A stretch of 64,000 bases of DNA from an uncultured bacterium (GTDB lineage Bacteria > Desulfobacterota_D > UBA1144 > Nemesobacterales > UBA2774): NCBI GenBank assembly GCA_963825135.1, contig CAWGRW010000009.1, positions 1,056,001 to 1,120,000 of the forward strand, given 5' to 3'. The notes below the pieces were generated by a model. The model made no database searches, was not told the origin of the DNA, and was given only the letters and a program-made list of their open reading frames with translations. The translations under genes and the position numbers were made by a program. Below, piece by piece: positions 9,547 through 18,270 of this stretch; position 1 is the stretch's first letter, and each line of letters begins with the position of its first letter.

Positions 9547-10137
9547 TCAGGCGGTTCTTTCGATGGCTCTTTTGATCATGAGCCTCAGCGTTTCGATGGC
9601 TTGGTTGCCGTGGATCGGCAGTTCGCCGATAATCAAAGTGGGTACCCCTAATATCTGATTCAGTGAGGCCTCTTTTTTATTTTCCTCGATCCTGTGATAC
9701 ATGGTTCTCTGGTTCAGGCACTCTTCGAGCGCCGTCTTGTCCAAGCCTGCTTTTTCGCATGTATCCAGAACGATCTTTACATCGCCAATGTTTTTTCTTT
9801 GAAGGAAATAAGCCTCGTAAAGAGCGGCATGGACTTCTGCGAACCGGCCGCTGATTTTTGCGAATTCGGAGGCTTCAAGACTCAGTCTCGAGTTCGTCCT
9901 GAAGCCCGGCAGAACGATACCGATTCCGGTTTCTTTAGCCGTCTCTTTAATTCTTTCAGCCGCTTTCATGGATCTGAGCGATCTTGAGCTCTTTTGCCCG
10001 TGCTTCGGGTATTCAGGATGAATCTCAATCCCCTTCCATTCGATGTGGAGATCAAATTCATCGGAAAGCTCATCGAGATTCCTGGAGCATAGGTAACAGT
10101 AAGGGCAAGTATAATCATAGAAGACGCTTAACTTCAT
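9547..10137 (-). CDS. DsbA/FrnE-family oxidoreductase
   Basis: 'YDYTCPYCY' CXXC motif and 'GVPT' cis-Pro loop. No signal peptide. Confidence 0.85.
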   Translation of the reverse strand: MKLSVFYDYTCPYCYLCSRNLDELSDEFDLHIEWKGIEIHPEYPKHGQKSSRSLRSMKAAERIKETAKETGIGIVLPGFRTNSRLSLEASEFAKISGRFAEVHAALYEAYFLQRKNIGDVKIVLDTCEKAGLDKTALEECLNQRTMYHRIEENKKEASLNQILGVPTLIIGELPIHGNQAIETLRLMIKRAIERTA

Positions 10138-10334
10138 ATCGATCTTATTATAGAGCTGATGTTATTTACCGTCAAAGCGATAATCTTTAGATGCGAATTA
10201 CTGTAGTATGGGTTTATATAAGGTATATAATCGGTCCAATCATGCCCATTGATTGGATTTATTTCACAGCCATGGCGGCGGATAAAGATTAATACGGGTC
10301 AAGTTTTGTATATATTTCCGGATGCCGGTTTCTC

Positions 10335-11897
10335 TCAATGCTTGAAATGCCTCACCCCTGTAAATACCATTGCCATACCATGCTCGTCAGCCGCAGCGAT
10401 TATTTCTTTATCTCGTATAGACCCGCCCGGCTGTACTATTGCGGTGATTCCAGCCTTCGCGGCTTCGTCTATTCCGTCCCGGAATGGGAAAAAGGCGTCG
10501 GAAGCCATGACAGCGCCCGCTGTCGGCATAACGGCCTTAAACGTGGCTATCTTCACGGAATCCACTCTGCTCATCTGCCCCGCTCCTATACCGACGGTCT
10601 GGCCGCCCCGCGCAAATACTATGGCGTTTGATTTCACGTGCTTGCATACCGTCCAAGCGAATTTAAGAGCTTCCAGCTCTTCATCGCTCGGGTGACGTTT
10701 GGTTTCGACCTTCATGTCTCTGAAGTCGTTGTTTATGCCCTTGTCCTTGTCCTGAATTAGCGCTCCTCCTGTAACTTTTTTGAAATCCAGCCCGGGGAAT
10801 ACGCCGTATTGAAGCGGCGGCGTCTTCATAACCCGGAGATTCCCCTTACTTGACAACACCTGGAGAGCCTTTTCCGAGTAACCCGGCGCAATGACTACTT
10901 CGAGAAACATATTGGCGAGCTCTGAGGCTGTAACCTCGTCCACCTCTTTGTTTAAGGCTACGATTCCTCCGAAAGCGCTTACCGGGTCGCAGGCCTTGGC
11001 TTTCAGGAATGCGTGTAGGACGCTCTCGTCAACAGCTACCCCGCAAGGATTATTATGCTTTACAACAACGCAAGCCGTTTGCGAAAAGTCCTTTACGGCT
11101 TCGAGTGCGGCATCCGTGTCGTATATATTGTTTAACGAAAGCTCCTTTCCCTGAAGCTGCACGGAATTGGAGATGCAGGGCTCATCATTTTCCGGCAGGA
11201 CGTAGAAAGCCCCCTCCTGATGCGGGTTCTCCCCGTACCGGAGCTTCATCTTCTTTTCAAGATGAATGGTTACGGTCTCGGGGAATTTGTTTTTCCCGCC
11301 GTCCTTTTCCAACGCCCCTAAAAAGTTCGAAATGGCCGCGTCATAGCGCGCGACGTACGAGAAAGCTTTGACCGCCAGCCTGAAGTTAGTTTCAGGCGAT
11401 ATTGCGCCCTTATTCTTCTTAAGCTCCTTTAAAATGTCTTTATAGTCTTCCGGGTGAGTGACTATGGTAACGAACTGATAATTCTTGGCGGAAGCTCTCA
11501 GAAGGGTGGGGCCGCCGATGTCTATATTCTCGATCGCCTCGCCAAGGTCGACTTTTTCGTTTTTAATTACTTCCTCGAACGGATACAAATTCACGATGAC
11601 CATGTCGATAGGCTCGATGCCGTTTTCTTTCATTTGTGCCAAATGGGTCTTGTCATCCCTCAGGGCCAGGACTCCTCCGTGTATCTTCGGATGGAGCGTC
11701 TTCACCCTGCCCCCCAGAATTTCAGGGGATCCGGTAAATTCGGAAATCTCCGTTACCTCTACTCCCCCGTCCCTGAGCCTTTTCGCCGTACCCCCGGTGG
11801 ATAGTATCTCTATATCGAACTCCTTAAGACCCTTGGCGAAATTACCAATCCCCTCTTTATCGGAAACGCTCATAATGGCTCTGCGTATTTTGTTCAT
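10335..11897 (-). CDS. purH: Bifunctional AICAR transformylase/IMP cyclohydrolase
   Basis: SVSDK, STGGT, GRVKTLHP, IDIGGP, LRYGENPHQ, KHNNPCG and RHFKH motifs. Start at ATG 11897 after AAGGGG. Confidence 0.97.
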   Translation of the reverse strand: MNKIRRAIMSVSDKEGIGNFAKGLKEFDIEILSTGGTAKRLRDGGVEVTEISEFTGSPEILGGRVKTLHPKIHGGVLALRDDKTHLAQMKENGIEPIDMVIVNLYPFEEVIKNEKVDLGEAIENIDIGGPTLLRASAKNYQFVTIVTHPEDYKDILKELKKNKGAISPETNFRLAVKAFSYVARYDAAISNFLGALEKDGGKNKFPETVTIHLEKKMKLRYGENPHQEGAFYVLPENDEPCISNSVQLQGKELSLNNIYDTDAALEAVKDFSQTACVVVKHNNPCGVAVDESVLHAFLKAKACDPVSAFGGIVALNKEVDEVTASELANMFLEVVIAPGYSEKALQVLSSKGNLRVMKTPPLQYGVFPGLDFKKVTGGALIQDKDKGINNDFRDMKVETKRHPSDEELEALKFAWTVCKHVKSNAIVFARGGQTVGIGAGQMSRVDSVKIATFKAVMPTAGAVMASDAFFPFRDGIDEAAKAGITAIVQPGGSIRDKEIIAAADEHGMAMVFTGVRHFKH

Positions 11898-12205
11898 GTT
11901 TACACCCCTTCTGAGTTGAGATGATCGGCTCCTCTGTTCCCTCAAGCCGATTGTGAAGTCCGGAATGTTGGCTTTGTCCTGGCTCCCGAGAAAGTAATAT
12001 TTTAGCGGAACGCTTCAAAATTCCAATAGACGCCCGGAAGTCGGATAAAACATATACAGGAATAGCGATTATCATAGATACGTTATTTTGAGAATTGCAT
12101 AATTCTGACGTATAATCTTACCAGACAGCTTAAAAGGGTTTAATATTTATTCAATATTATCAGCCTCTTTAGTCGGGTTAATTTACTTCTCGGGAGATAA
12201 GCCTT

Positions 12206-13297
12206 ATGAGGAATCAGAAGTTACTGAATTTTAGAGTCGGACTATTTATGTTGATAACCCTAAGCGTATTTATCCTGATCATATTTTTCCTGTCAGGAGA
12301 GCAGCGGTTTTTTGAGAAGAGTTATGTGCTGAACACATCCTTTGAGAACACTGCCGGCCTCATAAAAGGGGCAGCGGTAAGGCTTTCGGGTGTAAGGATT
12401 GGCGAAGTCACCGATATAGAGTTTGCCCAGAAGCCGGTGGACGATAAATTAATCCTGGTTAAGATGAGGATTACGAGGGATGGAATGAGCAGAATCAATC
12501 CCGATGCAAAGGCTACTATAAAAACAGAAGGCCTATTGGGAGATAAGTACATTGAAATAATGCCGGGAGTTGAAGCGCCGCTCGCGGCGGTACCCTCATC
12601 CATGGAGATCGAGAGCCAGACCCCCGTTGAGTTCGCAAGTATCATAGGTCAGTCGGGTGATTTACTGGCTAATATTATCAGCATCTCCGAGAGCCTCGAC
12701 AAAATAGTTAAAGCATTCGGGGAAGAGCAGAATATAAGTAATATCAGCAAGACCATTGCCTCAATCAGGGCGAGTTCCGAAGCGGTTCAGAAAAACCTGG
12801 AGGCCATCGAAAAAAATGACGGAATACTGAATACGATGATCTACGGAGAGAAGGACAAGTCGGGCAAACCGGACGAGAACGCGCTGATTAAACTCAATAA
12901 AGCTATTACGAAATTGGACAGTATGCTTAATCAGATAGACTCAGGGAACGGAGCACTGCATGCTCTGGTTTATAATAAAGACCTGTCGAACGATATAACT
13001 GCTACCATGGCTAACATAAAGACAGCAACGGCCAATTTGAACGGCGAAAGCGGTGTAATTACCGAGCTTAAAGAGACGATGTCGAATTTCAGGGAGATTT
13101 CGGAAATGCTTAGGGGAGGGGAAGGCACGCTCGGAGCCCTCCTCATCGATCCGAGCGTATACGACAGCTTAAAGGGCATCCTGGGCGAGGCCGAAAGGAG
13201 CAAGTTCGTGCGTGCGGCAGTCAGGTACTTCCTCGAACAGGAAAAATCGGCTCAATCCGAAAATGGCGGCGCCCGTGATGTTACATCTACAAACTGA
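12206..13297 (+). CDS. mlaD: MlaD/MCE-family protein
   Basis: N-terminal TM, 'GLIKGAAVRLSGVRIGEV', 'TEGLLGDKYIEI', helical tail with 'GEGTLGALLIDPSVYD'. Confidence 0.88.
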   Translation: MRNQKLLNFRVGLFMLITLSVFILIIFFLSGEQRFFEKSYVLNTSFENTAGLIKGAAVRLSGVRIGEVTDIEFAQKPVDDKLILVKMRITRDGMSRINPDAKATIKTEGLLGDKYIEIMPGVEAPLAAVPSSMEIESQTPVEFASIIGQSGDLLANIISISESLDKIVKAFGEEQNISNISKTIASIRASSEAVQKNLEAIEKNDGILNTMIYGEKDKSGKPDENALIKLNKAITKLDSMLNQIDSGNGALHALVYNKDLSNDITATMANIKTATANLNGESGVITELKETMSNFREISEMLRGGEGTLGALLIDPSVYDSLKGILGEAERSKFVRAAVRYFLEQEKSAQSENGGARDVTSTN

Positions 13298-13456
13298 TTC
13301 TTTCGTGTAAAGAGCGCAAAAGCATGGAGAATCCGGCCACGAATTGTTACATTGCTGCAACTGGCTGATACAATGAAATTCTGCTAATTATCATTCCGGG
13401 CTATTTTCTTTTAACCATATCCGTTATCATTCTTGAACATTTTGAAAGGAGGATGC

Positions 13457-14287
13457 ATGGCCGATATATTAAAAAGGTATAGGCCTGAAAGTTTCGGCTT
13501 ACTTCTAACTTCTCTTTTATTTATTTCCGCCATATCATTTACTCCTTGTCCGATACCCGCATTTAGCCAGGAATTACAGACCGGCAATCCGCCCCCGCCT
13601 TTCGTTTCCGCGCAAGAGAAAGTACTCTGGGATCAGACCGATAATATTTCGGGAGACGGTTTTTCGTCGCAGAATTTTACGGACGCCGGCGGGGTTAACG
13701 ACATATTTGACGATTTCTCTGCGGACGATTTCATAGTGCCGAAATCCAAATCCTGGAGCGTAGAGACGGTAGTCGCCCTCGGCGAATACTCGCTGTTCGG
13801 CCCTGTAGAATCGTTGAACGTATTCTTTTTTGAAGATAACGGTGGGCTTCCGGGGGCGGCCGTTCTCGATTGCAGTTATACGAATATTTTGCCTCTGGAC
13901 GCTAATAATTCGAATTTTACTATCCCCCTCCCGCATCCCTGTTTTCTTGATTCCGGAATCTACTGGGTCACGGTTCAGGCCAACATGGCGGCGGGCATAG
14001 CCGGTCAGTGGTATTTCAGCGAAAGGGACGCCCGGACCCTGAGCCCGTTCGCGTTTGAGAACCCAAATGACGGCTTCGGGACGGGGTGCATAACGTTTTC
14101 ACCCGCGCAGGCCGATTGCGAAGCGATATTCGAGGACCTCAATTTCCAGATAATCGGAGAGGACAGGGTCAACGAAGTAGATAGCGTTCCCGCCCTCGGT
14201 GATTGGGGCATGATCGGGATGTTCTTGATACTGGGACTTTTCGGAGTATTCGGGATACTGGCTGCCGCTAGAGGAGCGACCGAGTAG
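13457..14287 (+). CDS. Exported protein with an IPTL-CTERM-like sorting signal
   Basis: RBS AGGAGG, signal peptide, 'SADDFIVP' domain, C-terminal 'VPALGDWGMIGMFLILGLFG' TM tail. Confidence 0.7.
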   Translation: MADILKRYRPESFGLLLTSLLFISAISFTPCPIPAFSQELQTGNPPPPFVSAQEKVLWDQTDNISGDGFSSQNFTDAGGVNDIFDDFSADDFIVPKSKSWSVETVVALGEYSLFGPVESLNVFFFEDNGGLPGAAVLDCSYTNILPLDANNSNFTIPLPHPCFLDSGIYWVTVQANMAAGIAGQWYFSERDARTLSPFAFENPNDGFGTGCITFSPAQADCEAIFEDLNFQIIGEDRVNEVDSVPALGDWGMIGMFLILGLFGVFGILAAARGATE

Positions 14288-14308
14288 GAAGCAGTCCTTA
14301 TTTATCCG

Positions 14309-14344
14309 GCGGTTATTGGTGATATTGCGGTTATTGGTGATATT
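14309..14344. repeat. Perfect 18-bp tandem duplication
   Basis: GCGGTTATTGGTGATATT x2 (14309-14326, 14327-14344). Confidence 0.95.
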
Positions 14345-14345
14345 A

Positions 14346-14421
14346 TGGAGCGGGCGACGGGATTCGAACCCGCGACCCTAAGCTTGGGAAGCTTATGCTC
14401 TACCAGCTGAGCTACACCCGC
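14346..14421 (-). tRNA. tRNA-Gly (CCC)
   Basis: Reverse complement GCGGGTGTAGCTCAGCTGGTAGAGCATAAGCTTCCCAAGCTTAGGGTCGCGGGTTCGAATCCCGTCGCCCGCTCCA: 76 nt cloverleaf with encoded CCA. Confidence 0.97.
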
Positions 14422-14515
14422 TTTCACCTGAAAATCTATTATATGAGCGCTGGATTGTCAATAAATATATCCCCCGCTGTTAATAATTCGGCCTCTTCGG
14501 GATATAATAATTCCA

Positions 14516-15412
14516 GTGAATAAAAGCCGAAAGACCGGACACCTGCTAACCGAGAAGATAAACCCCCGCACGGCGCGCCTCGACGAATGCTCTCCGGCTG
14601 AGATAGTGGAGCTTATTTTAACGGAAGACCGGGCGATTGCTGAAGCGGTAGGAAGGGAGAAAGTCCGGATTGCGGGAGCCGTGGAATTAATCGTCGGGAG
14701 GATGGCCCGGGGGGGACGTATCATATTTGCCGGCGCGGGGACGAGCGGACGTCTGGGGGTGATGGAAGCGGCCGAATGCCCCCCGACCTTCGGGACGGAC
14801 CCCTCACGGATAGTTGCTTTAATAGCCGGGGGCGGAAAAGCGGTCCTGCAATCGGTGGAGGGGGCCGAAGACTCCGCCGGGGAATCGAGAGAAGCGCTAA
14901 AAAAATTAGGGCTTGAAGAAAAAGACGTTCTCATCGGAATAGCGGCGAGCGGAACGACCCCGTACGTCGAGGGCGCTCTTTCGTATGCCCAAAAAAAAGG
15001 GAGCGGAAGGATACTTCTGACATGCAACCCCGCGGATAACGATGTGCCGGATATTATCATATCTGTTCTGGTCGGCCCTGAAGCGGTTGTCGGCTCTACC
15101 AGGATGAAAGCAGGTACGGCGACGAAGATGGTTTTAAACATGCTTACCACGGCCTCTATGGTAAAGCTGGGAAAGACTTACGGCAACCTCATGGTCGACG
15201 TACAGCCGAAGTCGGCGAAGTTGAGAGACAGGGCGAAGCGGATTGTAATGGAGATCGCGGGAGTGGACGAGGAGAGGGCGGCCAAACTGCTGAAGAAATC
15301 CGGCTGGGACGTAAAGGCGTCGGTCGTGATGGGGAAAAAGAACGTTACATATGACCAGGCCAGGGATTTGCTGATGAAAAATAACGGTTTCTTACGCAAG
15401 GCATTAAGTTGA
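14516..15412 (+). CDS. murQ: N-acetylmuramic acid 6-phosphate etherase
   Basis: 'GAGTSGRLG', 'ECPPTFG', 'EGAED', 'GSTRMKAGTATKMVLNM', 'GKTYGNLMVDV'. Confidence 0.95.
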   Translation: MNKSRKTGHLLTEKINPRTARLDECSPAEIVELILTEDRAIAEAVGREKVRIAGAVELIVGRMARGGRIIFAGAGTSGRLGVMEAAECPPTFGTDPSRIVALIAGGGKAVLQSVEGAEDSAGESREALKKLGLEEKDVLIGIAASGTTPYVEGALSYAQKKGSGRILLTCNPADNDVPDIIISVLVGPEAVVGSTRMKAGTATKMVLNMLTTASMVKLGKTYGNLMVDVQPKSAKLRDRAKRIVMEIAGVDEERAAKLLKKSGWDVKASVVMGKKNVTYDQARDLLMKNNGFLRKALS

Positions 15413-15472
15413 CCGTCGCGCCGGGTATTCAGTTGACATACTCCCCAAAAATCTGTCCTGTAAACGCTCGTT

Positions 15473-16654
15473 ATGACAAAAATCCTTGAATCGCTATCCG
15501 GAAAGAAAGAAAAGCTCGTAGTCGGTCTTATGTCCGGGACTTCGAGGGACGGCATAGACGCGGCCCTCGTTAAAATCCCCGGGAGCGGTAAAGATACCCG
15601 AATCGAATTGATGAAGTTCATCTGTGTGCAGTACAGCGAGGATATCAAAGCGGCGCTCGATGGTTTGACCCGAGTCTGCTCGCTTGACGGCATCTCCGGG
15701 CTCAATTTCCTTATAGGGGAGGCATTTTCGGAGGCCGCTCTTAGAGTGATTGAAGAGGCGGGGATTGAGCAAAATAGGGTTGATTTGATAGGCTCTCACG
15801 GCCAGACTGTTTATCACAATCCCCCTTCCCGGCACTGCGGGACTCCATCGACCCTGCAGCTGGGGGAGATCGATGTGATAGCTGAGCGGACGGGAATCAC
15901 AACCGTGGGGGATTTCAGGACACGGGATATGGCCGCAGGCGGCGAAGGCGCCCCGCTAGTCCCCTATGCGGATTACCTGCTGTTCATGAAGCCCGGCCGG
16001 GTGCGTATCGCTCAGAATATAGGCGGAATAGCCAATGCGACGGTCATTACGGAGCATATGGACGATGTCACCGCCTTCGATACAGGCCCGGGGAATATGC
16101 TCATGGATAGGGTAATAAGCATCGCTACCCACGGTGAAAAAGGGTTCGATGAGGGTGGCCGATACGCGTCACGCGGCAGGGCGAACGAAAGACTCCTCGA
16201 AGAGCTTTTATCAGACCCATACTTTCATCAGGCCCCTCCCAAATCGACGGGCGAGGAGCTCTTCGGTATTGAGCGAGCACTGGAGCTTTATGCCCTCGTG
16301 ACAAAAGGAATTATTTCACTTGACGACCTCCTTGCCACACTTCTCGAGCTCACGGTGAAATCGATTTCAATTTCTTACGAGAATTTTATTTTCCCGCACT
16401 GGCAGGTGAGCGAGATAATTTTCAGCGGCGGAGGGTGCAGGAACCCCGTATTGATGGACAGGATCAAAAGGGAATTTGAAAAAATTAAATGCTCGACGAC
16501 CGACGATTACGGAATTCCCGCCGAAGCGAAAGAGGCCGTGGCCTTCGCGATCCTGGCTAGCGAACTCGTCTCGGGGAACCCCTCGAATCTCACACGGGTA
16601 ACCGGGGCTTCTCACAGGGTCCCGATGGGAAAGATAGCGCTGGGAAAATTGTGA
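15473..16654 (+). CDS. anmK: Anhydro-N-acetylmuramic acid kinase
   Basis: 'GLMSGTSRDGID', 'GSHGQT', 'GGEGAPLVP', 'NIGGIAN', 'FDTGPGN', 'PPKSTG'. Confidence 0.95.
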   Translation: MTKILESLSGKKEKLVVGLMSGTSRDGIDAALVKIPGSGKDTRIELMKFICVQYSEDIKAALDGLTRVCSLDGISGLNFLIGEAFSEAALRVIEEAGIEQNRVDLIGSHGQTVYHNPPSRHCGTPSTLQLGEIDVIAERTGITTVGDFRTRDMAAGGEGAPLVPYADYLLFMKPGRVRIAQNIGGIANATVITEHMDDVTAFDTGPGNMLMDRVISIATHGEKGFDEGGRYASRGRANERLLEELLSDPYFHQAPPKSTGEELFGIERALELYALVTKGIISLDDLLATLLELTVKSISISYENFIFPHWQVSEIIFSGGGCRNPVLMDRIKREFEKIKCSTTDDYGIPAEAKEAVAFAILASELVSGNPSNLTRVTGASHRVPMGKIALGKL

Positions 16655-16699
16655 TACCGTAGTTTGATTGACATCGAAGACTTCCGAATTGAAAATATT

Positions 16700-18235
16700 A
16701 TGAACAAGGTAAACATAGCCGGTCTCGGAACGATCGACAGAGTGGGTCAGGTAGTGATGCCGAGACTCGATTTCAGGTTTTCCGACCCCATCCCGTTTGC
16801 GAAGAGGCTCGTAAGCGAATACAAGGTCGTCGGATTCATCATTTTCGGAGGGGATAAGCGGTCCGTAAAGAACGCGACCGAAGAGCTCAATTCGATTTCC
16901 GGGTCGCCCCTTTTATTCGGCCTCGACGCCGAGCGGGGCGCAGGACAGATAATCTCGGACGCGACACTCTTCCCATTTACCATGTCTCTCGGCGCGGCCC
17001 GGGACGAGGAGCTCGTATATGATGAGTCGCGGTTCATCGCGCAGGAGATGCGAGAGTGCGGATTGAATCTGATATTTGCGCCGGTGCTCGACGTTAATAC
17101 CAATCCTGATAACCCCATAATAAACATACGCGCATACGGGGACGACCCCGCGCTGGTATCCCTGCTCGGAGGGGCTTTTATAAGGGGGGCACAGGAGGGG
17201 GGGGTTCTCGCCTGCGCCAAGCATTTCCCGGGACACGGAGGCACGGGGGTGGATTCTCATGAGGATATGCCGGTCCTCGATACGACCCTCGAGCGGCTGA
17301 AATCCTGTAACCTGGTCCCGTTTAAATATGCGGTGGAATCGGACGTCGCCGCGCTCATGACGGCCCACGTGGCTTTTCCCGGGATCGTAAGGGCGAGCAT
17401 CCCATCGACGATATCGGAAGTGATGGTAAAGGGCATTCTGAGAAGAGATATGGGTTACAGAGGTCTGGTTATAACCGATTCTTTCCATATGTCCGGCATT
17501 AACAAGATCGGAGAGGAAGCGGGCAATTCTCACCTCGCTCTTACCGCCGGGTGCGATGTTATTCTCGACCCCGGGGACCCGGTCTCGTTATTAAATAAGC
17601 TCAATGAGATGGCCCTCACCGGCGAGCTGAGCGAAATCACGCTAAACACCTCCGTCGGCCGGGTCGTTTCAGCGAAGAACAGGCTGTTAAATGCCTCGGT
17701 TCCTCAAATGCCGGCCGACGCCCGAACCGGCCGGGGGATATTAGAGCGCATATCCGGGGACTCCATATGCAGGCTCAAGGGCAGGGAGCTCCGCTCGCGC
17801 AGTGCTCTTGTCTCCATATTCGACTTAACTCAGTCAGGAGAGGGTATATCTAACGCATTCACGGACGTCCTCAGAAGGGCGGGGGTGGATTACAGAACCG
17901 TGCCCGTTACGTTTTCTACGGAGCCGAACAACTTACTCGTCATATCAAAAGGGTATGAAGCCCTGGTCTCGATTATTTACACTACCGTCGGCGCGTGGAA
18001 AAAGCAGTCGTCGCTGCCGGAGTTCTTCAGGACTGTCTTGAATGAACTGGCGGCCCTGGATGCGGAGACGGCGCTCCTGTCATTCGGCTCCCCCTATGTC
18101 GTTCGCGGTCTTGAAAGATTTGATACGGTTATATGCGCATTCGATAGCATGGACGCGTGTCAGTCCGCCGCCGCCGAAGTGCTTTTAGGCGGTATGAGCG
18201 CGAAGGGAAGAATGCCGGTCGATACCGGATTCTAA
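16700..18235 (+). CDS. nagZ: GH3 beta-N-acetylglucosaminidase (two-domain)
   Basis: 'APVLDVNTNPDNPIINIR', 'KHFPGHGGTGVDSH' (Asp-His dyad), 'ITDS' nucleophile region. Start could be 16664 (TTG). Confidence 0.88.
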   Translation: MNKVNIAGLGTIDRVGQVVMPRLDFRFSDPIPFAKRLVSEYKVVGFIIFGGDKRSVKNATEELNSISGSPLLFGLDAERGAGQIISDATLFPFTMSLGAARDEELVYDESRFIAQEMRECGLNLIFAPVLDVNTNPDNPIINIRAYGDDPALVSLLGGAFIRGAQEGGVLACAKHFPGHGGTGVDSHEDMPVLDTTLERLKSCNLVPFKYAVESDVAALMTAHVAFPGIVRASIPSTISEVMVKGILRRDMGYRGLVITDSFHMSGINKIGEEAGNSHLALTAGCDVILDPGDPVSLLNKLNEMALTGELSEITLNTSVGRVVSAKNRLLNASVPQMPADARTGRGILERISGDSICRLKGRELRSRSALVSIFDLTQSGEGISNAFTDVLRRAGVDYRTVPVTFSTEPNNLLVISKGYEALVSIIYTTVGAWKKQSSLPEFFRTVLNELAALDAETALLSFGSPYVVRGLERFDTVICAFDSMDACQSAAAEVLLGGMSAKGRMPVDTGF

Positions 18236-18270
18236 TTTTACTATCACGCTTAGCCCTTATCAGGTAGATT

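Noticed and set aside
11898..12060. Possible ZMP/ZTP (pfl) riboswitch upstream of purH
   Set aside because: A hairpin (ATCGGCT/AGCCGAT) is present, but the GACUGGCG and CGCCUGGGC consensus elements are absent.
14309..14344. CRISPR or iteron interpretation of the 18-bp repeat
   Set aside because: Only two directly abutting copies, with no spacers and no cas or rep genes.
13298..14421. Genomic island integrated at tRNA-Gly
   Set aside because: No integrase, and no second copy of the tRNA 3' end was found in the window.
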